Assembly (NCBI GenBank): GCA_951406725.2
Contig: OX597821.1
Span: 48,980,001 to 49,044,000 of the forward strand
Source: Octopus vulgaris
Lineage: Eukaryota
Length of the DNA stretch: 64,000 bases
Reading direction: 5' to 3'
Shown here: piece after piece, positions 53,401 through 64,000 of the stretch
Layout of the letters: every line of letters begins with the position of its first letter
Numbering within the stretch: position 1 is the stretch's first letter
Program-made: the position numbers and the translations under genes
The notes under the pieces: generated by a model
What the model was told of the DNA's origin: nothing
What the model saw: the letters and a program-made list of their open reading frames with translations, nothing else
Databases searched by the model: none

Positions 53401-55343
53401 TCTACCGAAACTGGTAGCAGAACGGGAGAATCCCCAGATCTGTGAGTCGAGGTGAGGTGACGCTGCTACGAAAGGATTCGAACAAGGGGGTATTATTGAT
53501 AACTTTAGGCCTGTAACTCTACTAAATGCAGATTATAAAATTTTAGCCGAGGTGTTAGAAAAGAGGTTGACGCTTGTCGTGGCCTGATGTACAGACTTGC
53601 GCTATCCCCAACAAATCTATCCACGACGACTTCCACCTTACGCGATACATCATAGAGAGGGTTGGTAAAGAACCTGGCATGGGTGGGGGCCCTGATCGAT
53701 TTGGATCAGTCGAAAGCCTTCGTTAGAGTCGACCATCGGTACTTTCAGGCTGTCCAAAGGTGGCTGGCTTCGGTCCCGTTTTCAGAGGGTGGATCACGGA
53801 AATGTACAGCGACATCTGTTCTGTGGTCAAAGTAAATGGCCACATGTCGTAATCGTTTGGCATCACCCGTTCAGTCCGTCAAGGATTCCCACTCTCACCC
53901 CTTCTCTACGTACTGGTGCTCCAGCCATTACTGCGGAATCTAGATGTTTCGAGGGGCATCTTGCGTGAGCTAAGATGCGAAAGAGGTGTCTCAGCGTATG
54001 CGGACGATGCCACCGTGATAGTGCCGGATGTCTCTGAAATAGAGATGGTCGGTACTACCCTAAGGGAATACGAAGTGGTGACAGGAGAAATCAGTGGGCC
54101 TACTGCTCGGCACCTGGAGAGGCAGATCCATGGCGACTGACAGCGTTGTGGGGCGCTGGACGGAAGGACCGGTTAAGTTGCTTGGGGTCTGGTTTGGTCT
54201 AGACCTCCAAATGGACAAGAGGTACAGACAGGGTGGTCAGTCTCACCCAGAAATAGACCGAAAGGAAGCTGTCCTTGGAAGGTCGGGCGGAGGTGGCAAA
54301 TGCGTACATCGCATCTATCATATACTACCGCCTGACTGTCGTCCCTTGCCCCACTTCGTGGCTGAACAGGCTGGTGCGCTTGCTCTTCTCCTTCTTGTGA
54401 AATGGAAGGGTACCACTTGTCAGACGGTCCATTTGCTGTCAGCACCCGTTGCGTGGAGGACTGGGCATACCGTGGCTGATGATGCGCAGACATGCGCTGA
54501 TGCTGCGACATCTCCAGTGATGCCTTTGCGGTGAATAGGTGTGGTCACCGTTTATTAGACTCGCTTTTCCGCAGCTCGTCTCCTTGACGGAGCTAAAGAC
54601 CGGGATCAGGCGTAAAGCGAGATAGGGCGCTTGGAACCTAGAGTGTCTCCAAGCGCCCACATCCCTCGACCAGTCGGACAATGCGGTCGGTGGAAGTTCC
54701 ACCTTGGAGTTCTATTGGGGATTAGTTGAAGGCAAGAGCGACGACTATCTCGGGCGCTGAGAGCGGTCAACTGGCTGGTCTCTTCCGGAGGACTTTCGAG
54801 CCGAGGCCTATGGATAATTTGCAGAAATCTCTGGCCTGGTAATGCTGGGGGGAAGGGGCGCTGCCGGTTCGTGATAAGCTCTACAGGCACGGATGTGCAG
54901 TCAAACGGTCTTGTCCGAGGTGCATGCGGAGGTGGAAACCGTTCTGCACTATTACAGTGTCTGCTCATTTCAGGTTCCACCTGAAAAGGAAGGTGAGACT
55001 AGAAAAGGAGATGCTGTCACCCAGTAACTTTGTCGAAAGTTGGGTGAATGTAGTATGGATGTTCCGTGTGAATGGACATATTCTAAGTGTGCCCCTGTAG
55101 GCTGGATGAAGGGAGGAGAAGAGGGGTGCATACCTGAGGTGCCTTGATGTTAGGGGGCCCAAAGTGGGTGAAGTTGCTTTGGTCACCTCTCGGTGGATTT
55201 CCTCCTTTTGGAGAATTATATATTGTTGGGTAATTTTCCTTGTTAATTGTTGTTTTGTGGTTTACATGTATAACATCACTGTTCCTCGTCTGTGTATTGT
55301 CCATTATGCTTTGTGTTCGGTCTTTTTGACCAATAAAGAAGGT
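50430..55343 (+). mobile_element. Near full-length decayed Tx1-like LINE (ORF1 zinc knuckle, ORF2 APE-RT)
   Basis: ORF1 CYFCGDSDHIRVYCP (CX2CX4HX4C) near 51053; ORF2 from 52033 GSINVHG..SETR, VYAPT, SYLDR, YWKLN, NFRPVTLLNADYKIL, RQGFPLSP, AYADD; AATAAA then (TTA)n. Confidence 0.9.
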
Positions 55344-55419
55344 TTTATTATTATTATCATTATTATTATTATTATCATTATCATCATTATCATTATTATT
55401 ATTATTATCATCATCATCA

Positions 55420-55456
<37 letters not shown>

Positions 55457-55517
55457 CATCATCATCATTATTATTATTATTATCTTTATCATTATTATTG
55501 TTATTATTATTATTATC

Positions 55518-55555
<38 letters not shown>

Positions 55556-55568
55556 CATCATCATCATC

Positions 55569-55636
<68 letters not shown>

Positions 55637-55685
55637 CATCATCATCATTATTATTGTTATTATTATTATTATTATTACTATTATC

Positions 55686-55766
<81 letters not shown>

Positions 55767-55790
55767 ATTATTATTATTATTATTATTATC

Positions 55791-55834
<44 letters not shown>

Positions 55835-55839
55835 CATCA

Positions 55840-55921
<82 letters not shown>
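55344..55921. repeat. Long compound (TTA/TCA)n microsatellite
   Basis: About 580 bp of trinucleotide repeat. Many other (CA)n, (TA)n, (GATA)n, (TACA)n, (TAG)n and (TTA)n tracts occur across the window. Confidence 0.97.
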
Positions 55922-55922
<1 letters not shown>

Positions 55923-55963
55923 TAATGCAGTACCAGACAGTGGCTCGTTATTGTTATTATTAT

Positions 55964-57772
55964 TGAGTGAGAGAGCAGCGCATGCCATCAAATAGACACT
56001 GGAGTACAAATATAAGAAATCCAGTATATGTCTGATATGGGTACGAGGGGCGTTCAATAAGTAATGCCCCTGACCCACTTCCCATAGTAGTAGAGCAACG
56101 AAACTTAGAACAGTTATTAGTCTTTTTCTACATAGGAACCACCCAGAGTTACGCATTTCTCCCATCGTTTGATGCAGCTCTGAAGACCGTTTTTGTAGAA
56201 GACCCCAGCTTGGTCCTCCAACCACGACGTGACTTCAAAAATCAAGGCTGCATCATCTGGGAAACGCTTTCCTTTCAAAAACAACTTCATGGCTGGGTAG
56301 AGGTGAAAATCAGAGGGTGCAAGGTCTGAGTAGGGGGGATGGGGGATGAGTTCATAGCTGCACGCCTGTGCTTCTGATCTGGCGACACGCGAGTTGTGGA
56401 TCGGAGCGTTGTCCTGCAGGAGGAGGATGCCTTTGCTGATCTTGCCCCGCCTCTTGATTTTGATAGCTTCTCTTAATTTCCTCAAAAGTGAAGCATAATA
56501 GACTCCTGTAATTGTGGCACCCTTTGCCAGGAAATCTGTCTTCACTACTCCGTCCTGGTCCCAGAAGACTGTAAGCATGACCTTGCCAGCGGAGGGCTGC
56601 ACCCTTGCCTTCTTTGGAGGAGGTGAGTCACGGTGCTTCCACTGCATTGACTGGGCTTTGGTCTCTGGATCATAGTGATGGACCCAGGTTTTATCCTATG
56701 CAATCAGTCTTTTGAAAAATTTTGACTCATCTTCTTGGCACATCTCCAAATTCATCCTCGAGCAATCGACGCGTTCTTGCTTCTGGAAAGGTGTGAGCAA
56801 CCTGGGAATCCATCTGGCAGACACCTTTTGCATATGCAAATGGTCATGAATGATTGTTTCCACAGACCCGGTACTAATCTTGACCTCATGGGATATTTGG
56901 CGAATAGTTATGCGTCGATCTTCCCAAAATGGCAGCCTCAACTTGACAGACAGATGCCTCATCAATGGCAGAAGGGGGCGACCAGATCTGGGAGCTGTTT
57001 CCACAGAGTTCCGACCATGTTTGAATTCACGATGCCAGCGTTTTACAAGGTCATATGATGGGGCATCATCACTATAAGTTACTTTCATTTCATCAAAAGT
57101 CTCCCGTGGTGTGCGTTCTTTCAAATACAAAAACTGGATCACTGCTCGACACTCAACATGCTCCATTTCACACTTGACTCAGTTCAAACACCTGTAAATC
57201 GGAAACCACAATTAGTTCAGAGTTGTAATTTGCCACTTAATCTATAGAGATATAAATAATTGCAAATGCTGAAAGTGGGTCAGGGGCATTACTTATTGAA
57301 CGCCCCTCGTACATTAGGCACATGCATCACAACCATATGTGCACGACATGGTGATCTCATATCAAGATAAACAGCGCATGACCTTGCAGGTGGTGGCGCA
57401 GTTGAAATTTTCTTCGGGTCGAGTAGCCCATCACGCTCATAAAGGTCCCTGATTAAGGGTTGTTAAAGGATGATGAACCAAACACCCATGTTTCCAGAGG
57501 TAAATTATCCAAACCCCAAAGAATTCCTCTCAACACATGGCTATGATGCTCCCCAAATACTTCTGATCATGATCAGATATGCACATATCGTCAGCCACTA
57601 AGGGACATGCTCAATTGTTTAAAGTCAAACAAATGATAAGCAAATCTGTGGTATTGAGCAGAATATTTGTTGTAGCCGTCTTTTATAAGACAAAACAGCG
57701 TACTTGATAGCACTTCCAGTCAGTTAAGATCAGAAGCCATGTGAGCCACTGTCTGGTACTGCATCAGAGCAT
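55964..57772. repeat. Interspersed non-coding repeat split by the mariner; inverted partial copy at 59638-59945
   Basis: 57475-57772 is the reverse complement of 59638-59942; a short piece gcagtaccagacagtggctc also occurs at 55927. Confidence 0.7.
56044..57309 (-). mobile_element. Full-length mariner with inactivated transposase
   Basis: Perfect TIRs cgaggggcgttcaataagtaatgcccctgacccactt with TA duplication; WIPRLL, QDNAPIH, HPPYSDLAPSDFHL; stop before D-K-T-W and frameshifts. Confidence 0.96.
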
Positions 57773-57777
57773 TTATC

Positions 57778-58362
57778 ATTTCACAAGTTTTGTTGGAGGT
57801 CCTGGAGTTTTGCATGCGTAGCGGGCTTGCTACCTGCAGCCTACGGTACCATGCTATTCGCTTTTTTCAGCTATCTAATACGCTCATGATTATTCTGGCC
57901 GTACCAAGGAGGCAAACCTTTTGTAACAGTTCTACTGGGTACTCTATTCCATTTTCCTTGATATTCCTCTTGATGCCTTCCGATACTGTTCCCAAGGACC
58001 CAACAATAATTGGCACTATCTTCACCTTCTTTGTTTTTCATAGACGGGTTATTTCGTACTTAAAAGGGTTGTATTAATATATCTTTTGGCCTTCCTTCTT
58101 GACTATTCGCGGGTCAAATGGGCTTGCAACATTAACTATATAGCATATGTGGTGCACCTAGTCCATAGCTACTAGGTCCGGGATGTTATGCTCTTGCACC
58201 TGATATGTTTCGATTGAGAAATTTCAGAGGATTTTGCTAGAGTCCCACACCCCCACTTTCTGCGGTCTGTGCTCATACCACGTCTTGCCTCTCTCTAACC
58301 CCCGCTTTTCGCACAGTTTCTAATGTAGCATTTTCGCCACCTGATCGTGTCGCCACGTTTTC
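57778..58362 (-). mobile_element. R4/Dong-like LINE 3' fragment
   Basis: Aligns with 22316-22910 (restriction-like endonuclease region and 3' UTR). Confidence 0.88.
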
Positions 58363-58371
58363 TAGTGGTTA

Positions 58372-58446
<75 letters not shown>

Positions 58447-58447
58447 T

Positions 58448-58655
58448 AAGACGGTGAGATAGCAGAATCGTTAGCATTCCGGGCAAAATGCTTAGCGACA
58501 TTTCGTCTGTTTTCACGTTCTGAGTTCAAATTCCGCACGGTCTTGCCCTTCATCCTTTCGGGGAAGATAAATTAAGTACTAGTTGAACACATGTGTCGAT
58601 GTAGTCGACTTACCCCTCCCCCAAAACTGCTGGACTTGTACCAAAGTTTGAAACT
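58448..58655 (+). mobile_element. tRNA-derived SINE
   Basis: A box TAGCAGAATCG, B box GAGTTCAAATTCC, (TTA)n tail. Confidence 0.8.
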
Positions 58656-58876
58656 ATTATTATTATATAATTGTTTAACATTTGGTAGTTTGAAGCAAAT
58701 TTCTATTGCATCACCTGCTACACCTCCGTGTTGCTGGGGTGTATGCGGCATTGTGCGTTCATTTCTGTTGTAGGGAGAACGCAATCTCTTCCCGGTATTG
58801 TGTTGTGTTAGGGGTTTTTTTTCTCTTGAGGTGTGGTGCAGTCTTGTATTGTGTGTTGAGTGTGTAATGCGTTGGC

Positions 58877-58955
<79 letters not shown>

Positions 58956-58965
58956 GAGTCTTCCT

Positions 58966-59511
58966 TGCAGAGTGCCTTCTCGACACCTTGGACAAACAAA
59001 AATTACTGTATACGTTGATATGCTATTAAAATAAACACACCAGACTGCTCATTTACATAATCAAATATAATTACTGTCTACGTTGATAGGCCATTTAAGC
59101 AAACAAAAAAGACTGTTCATTTACAAAATCAAATAAACTTATGTAAAAACAAAGTATTTACATGGAAGGACATCGTTCTTATTTTTATAATGTCGACATA
59201 TTCACCAGTGTAGAAATAGGACAACTCTGTCATGTCTTGATTTATACTCTACTGGAGCTAAAAGTTGGCATCTATATTATTATCATTATACCTTTTACAC
59301 TGAGAGGGATTTATTTCTACACAGTAAGCGGAGAAGTTGAAATATGTCACAAACATATTTTAACTAACCTAAAGCTCCCTTCCATGTAAATAAATATTTT
59401 TACATAATTTTTTGATTTTGTAAATGGACAGTCTGGCGTGTTTATTTTAATGGCCTATCAATGTACACAGTAATTTTTGTTTGTCCAAGGAGTCGATAAG
59501 GCACTCGGCCA
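58966..59511. mobile_element. MITE with long terminal inverted repeats
   Basis: gagtgccttctcgacaccttggacaaacaaaaattactgt... (about 105 bp) is the reverse complement of 59405-59507; internal subterminal duplication. Confidence 0.8.
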
Positions 59512-59547
59512 GAAATGGAAACAAAATTGAAGGAAGAAAAAAGAATC

Positions 59548-59612
<65 letters not shown>

Positions 59613-59949
59613 TAATAATAGTAATGATAATAATGCTAAATGCTCTGAAGCAGTACCAGACAGTGGCTTTCGTGGCTTATGATCTTAACTGATTGGCAGT
59701 GTTATCATGTACATTGTTTTGTCTTGGTATAAAAGATGGGCTACAGCAAATATTCTACTCAATACCACAGATTTGCTTTTCAGTTGTTTGACCTTAACCA
59801 GTTGACCATGTCCCTTAGTGGCTGACGATGTGTGCATCTCTGATCATGAGCAGAAGTATTTGGGGAGCATCATAGCCATGTGTTGAGAGGAATCCTTTAG
59901 GGTTTGGATAATTCACCTTTGGAAACATAGGTGTTTGGTTCAAAATTCA

Positions 59950-60265
59950 ACGAGGCTGAGAGGAATGAGGACACAGACATTCCTCTTTGATAAAGCCTTC
60001 ATAGACTTTTTCAAGTTTCACTTGAAAAGGAAATTGAAGGTGGAGAGGGAGGTGCTGTCCTCAAGTGAATTTATCAAAAAGTGAATAAAAGTTGGGAACA
60101 TAGCAAGAGTGGATCGTACATGTAGATCTGTGAGTCGAAGGAAAGGAGTTGGAAAGGCACTTGTCCTTGGTATTCAGGGTGATCTTGGATGGTGGGGTTC
60201 CTCGATTATCCCTAGACGTCCTCCTGTAGCAGGAGGACCCCATCACTGTAACATTTTTTATTATT
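59950..60265 (+). mobile_element. Tx1-like LINE 3' fragment
   Basis: ttttcaagtttcacttgaaaaggaaattgaaggtg matches the 3' ends of the other Tx1 copies (14620-14660 rc, 54968-55000). Confidence 0.75.
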
Positions 60266-60406
60266 ATTCTGGAGATGTACTTGCATAGCGAGTGACTTTA
60301 TCTGAGACCGTGTGCTGGAACGAAAACAATTGCAGCGTGGAAGGTGTTTACAAGCCATTTAAGAAACACACAAAACCGTTAGATTCACTTCAACATTTAA
60401 ATTTAA

Positions 60407-60457
60407 TTTGTCAAAATATTTTCGTCGCTTTGAGACCGCGACCTGTTCACTGACAAA
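60407..60457 (-). ncRNA. Minimal type I hammerhead motif, G3-C8 core, in a solo PLE-type terminus (about 60270-60470)
   Basis: tttgtca GUGAACA g gtcgc-ggtctcaaa-gcgac GAAA atat UU tgacaaa; 7-bp stem I, 5-bp stem II, palindromic AAUAUU stem III. Confidence 0.72.
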
Positions 60458-60469
60458 ACTTCGTGCTGC

Positions 60470-63330
60470 ACGAATATCCCGCTTCCCGATCAAAACAGCG
60501 GTGACGGCGGTGCTTTCACATTGGTCGCTGACTATGCTCAGACAAGGGCAGGGCGGTCTGATTACTTCAAGCATCTGGAGGTCCTGGGAACTTCTCGGAC
60601 TTAAGTATTAGTAGGGGATTGAAATGCTCTCTTAGATAGACGTTTCGATTGCATGGGAGTACCTGATTGGAGAGGCAAGTGCAAAAGTCTCAAAAACTTG
60701 CTCACGCCTTTTCAGTTGTGTGACAGGAACCGACTAGATTACCCGAATGTGTAAATGTTCTCTTGGACAAACCGCATCGGGACATCTAGATCGTATCTAG
60801 ATAGAGTATTTTGTAGGCCAGTGGACAAGGATAGGATAGGGCGTCCACAATTTTACATGGTCGACTACACAGATCACAAGTTTGTGATCTGTACGGTCAA
60901 CTTAGGTAGGCTTCATAGACGGGGTTCCGGTTACTGGAAGCTGAACACGTCGTTACCAGCGTGTCAAGCTTACAGAGACCGGATTAGCGAATTAGTTAAG
61001 CGGGCGTTGACGGGTGCAATCGTCAACAACAACTGGCGGTTTGTTCTTAAAAGGGCAATTAGAGTAGAATCGATTAGGTTTAACAAGGCATTAGCGGTAG
61101 AGAGAAATAGAATAGAGGAAGATTTAGTTAGGAAGTTAGATTGGCCATCGACTAATTTTTCGACGTCAAACACGATGGCTGCGTTGTCAGAGCCAAGGCA
61201 CGTTCACTGAGCGGGGAGGGACCGAACGTGTCACGATAGTCCCGCGTGGCGGAGGCGAAAAGTGGCAATAAAGCCACCATTCGGTCTTTGGTGGACCAGA
61301 GCGGATGCGTGGTGTTCGAGCCGAAACAGATGTGTGTGGCTTTTCCGCGGCACTTTGCTCGACTGTTCGGGACGAATGGTAGGACGGATAAAAAGGCAGA
61401 CTTCGATGTCCACCTGGACGGCCTGCCACGACTCTCGATGAGCGAAGCAGAGTGCTGCGAAAGGCTGATAACAGCTGCGGAGATACAGGAAGCGATGAAG
61501 AGTTGCACGAGTTTGGATGGTCTGCCCTACGAGTTTTATACTTCGATGCCAGACTTGTTTGCGGGCCTCTTAGTAACCGTCTACTGCAACTGACAGCAAA
61601 ATAGGAGAATTCCCACTTTTGTCTGTCGTGGGGTAGTGGCATTGCTGAGAAAGGACCCAAACAAGGGGGGACATTATAAATAATTTCTGGCCATCACTCT
61701 GCTCCATGCAGAGTTGAAGATTTTGGCCAAGGTGTTAGCCAAGAGGTTGGTGCTTGTGGACAAACTGGTTGGCGAGGCACAAACGTGCGCCTTCTCAACC
61801 AGGAGTGTTCACGATAACCTACATCTTCTGCGCTACATCATTAGAGAGGGTGGGTAACGAAGCTGGCATGGGTGGGGCTCTGATCAATTTAGATCAATCT
61901 AAAGCTTTGGGCGGATGTCCTCAGGGCAGCCGGTTTCGGTTCAGTTTTCCGTAGTTGGATCGCTGCTTCGTACAGCAGCATCTACTCGGTTGTTCGGGTG
62001 AATGGTCACCTCGCGGAGCCATTCAGCATCTTGCGTTCTGTTCATCAAGTGTGCCCTCTCTCTTCCCCATCTCTATGTAGTGACTCTTGAACCATTACTG
62101 CGGAAGCTGGAGGCTTTGAGGGGTGTCCCACATGATCTAGGATGTAGGAGAGGGGTGTCTGCTTACGCTGATGATGTCGCCGTCATAGTGTCGAACCACA
62201 GGCATATAGACCTGATTGGCGAAACACTACAAGAATATGAAGCGGTGACAGGAGCTAAAATTAACACGGAAATGTCAGTGGGCTTGCAATTCGGCACCTG
62301 GAGAGGCAAGCTCATGCCGTCCAACAGCGTGATGGGGCACTGGACAGACGGTCCCGTTAAGTTGCTCGGGGTTTGGTTTAGTCCGGTGTCCCAGATGTAG
62401 ATGAACTGGGACGAGGTGACGAGCAGGGTAGCCAATCTCACCCAGAAATGGGCCGAGAGAAAGCTGTCTCTGAAAGGTCGAATGGAGACGGCGAATGCGT
62501 ACATCGTATCCGTTATCTATTACCGCTTGACTGTCGTCCCTTGCCCTGTTTGCTAGTTAACCAAGCTGGTACTCTTACTCTTCCGATTTCTGAGGAAGGG
62601 GCGCGTTCCACTGGTCAGGCGCTCCATCTACTATCAACAGTCGCCGAATGAAAGGCTGGGTAGGTTGCAGCTTCTCCAGAGTTTCCTTAGCGGTGATCAG
62701 ATGTGGTCCCCGTTTGTAAGACACACTTTTCCACAGCTCGTCTCTTTGACTGAGTTGTAATCCTGGATTAGGCGTAGAGCGAGGAGGGCCGCTTGGCATC
62801 TTGAGTACCGTCAAGTGCTCACAGCCCACCGCCAGGCGGGCAACGGTCGTTGGTAATTCTAATCTAGCGTTCTTTAGCGGGCTTGTGGATGGAAAGTCCA
62901 ACGACATCCTCAGGGAAAATCTGGATGTCGATGAAGATCAACTAACCGGTCTGTTTCGGAGAACATTCGGGCCTGGGACTATGGATAACTTCCAGAAATC
63001 CCTTGCCCAGTAGTGTTACCGAGGGCGCTGCCTGTTCGAGATAAATTTTACAGGCACAGAAGTTCTGTCAGCCTGGCCTGCCCGAGGTGCACTCAGAACG
63101 ATGAAACCGTTCTACACTCCCTAGTCTAGTGCCCGAGTATTGCTGGCCTGTGGGTTTATGTCAAATTCCTGCTGTCACGTGTAGGACGGATCCGGCTATC
63201 AGCTGAATACGTTGTTAAGATTGCCCCCCCCCGCCCTCTTTTGGCCGGGTGGGTAAGGCAATTTTTATTTGCCTAGTGGCTGTAGCAAAAGAGGTTGTAT
63301 GGTGGACCCGTTTGAAAGGGCTAAAGACAC
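60470..63330 (+). mobile_element. Tx1-like LINE ORF2, decayed
   Basis: SRSYLDRVF, TDHKFV, GYWKLN, DGLPYEFY, ALINLDQSKA, AYADDVAV, CPRC..DETVLH. Confidence 0.9.
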
Positions 63331-63897
63331 ATATATATATATACATAAAATGAGGATAAAAATCATGTTAATGACAATTATCAGCACACACAGTGGATCT
63401 AGTTAAACTGATTCACAAAATTTGCATTTTTTTAAAAGAAGGTGAAATATCTGAAAATCGGCTTTATTAATGTAGTTTTCCACTCTTATTGCTATGAACA
63501 TTGCTATATGTTGTGAAGAAAAAATTGGCAGAAAAGTTACAGAGATTTAAAAATCGAACCAACTGTGTATTGTATTTTTAGCCAATAGCGAGACAGAAAT
63601 TTTCTGCGTTTAGCGGCGTCAACTTTAAAGTTGTACCATGTGAAATTTATAGTTTAGCATCTATTCATTGTAGAAATACCCAATAAAAAACAGAAATAGC
63701 TAAGAAATCAACATATATCACCTTACTGTTCCTTTTGTCTTTTCATTGGTTTTTATAGTGTTTTGCATGCTTTTATTAATTTTTTAAAATTTGTGATATT
63801 AATAATTTATTAATTTTATATATCATGCATATTTCAGTAATATGTAAACCTGTCATGTATTTGTGTACATCATTAATATATAAGTGGATGTGGATAT

Positions 63898-63988
63898 CAG
63901 GAATGGAATGTCAGGAATGTCTGGAATGCCTGGAATATCAGAAATATCGGGAATGTCTGGAATGTCATGAATTGGAATGTCTGGAATT
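63898..63988. repeat. 9-bp tandem repeat (GGAATGTCT)n
   Basis: Directly visible degenerate units. Confidence 0.8.
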
Positions 63989-64000
63989 TCATAAATGTAT

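Noticed and set aside
55083-56225. 380-aa poly-Asn/Asp ORF and overlapping poly-Ile/Leu ORFs
   Set aside because: Translation of the (TTA/TCA)n microsatellite; the same applies to the many CV/HT/YI/SIYL repeat ORFs.

Overview
Repeat- and microsatellite-rich animal genomic DNA, very probably Octopus (inferred from recalled SINE families and composition; no database search was run). One host gene is supported: the 3' part of a + strand multi-MAM-domain protein gene. Nine exons were reconstructed by hand with consistent GT-AG phases (550-703, 1699-1840, 6995-7144, 13699-13775, 25626-25802, 27353-27437, 32314-32454, 43150-43406, 47347-47430, stop TGA). They encode one partial and two complete MAM domains with no transmembrane segment before the stop. 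The rest is mostly decayed mobile DNA: Penelope-like elements (PLE), Tx1-, RTE- and R4/Dong-like LINEs, a Gypsy fragment, mariners, Helitrons, SINEs and MITEs. The most notable signal is a set of minimal type I hammerhead ribozyme motifs in PLE termini whose cores show all four Watson-Crick versions of the 3-8 tertiary pair (C-G, U-A, G-C, A-U). Two identical sense-strand A3-U8 copies bracket the penultimate host exon. A decayed copy of that exon also sits inside a SINE. PLE hammerheads are a known phenomenon; activity and novelty of these variants are untested. No CRISPR, rRNA or true tRNA genes were seen.
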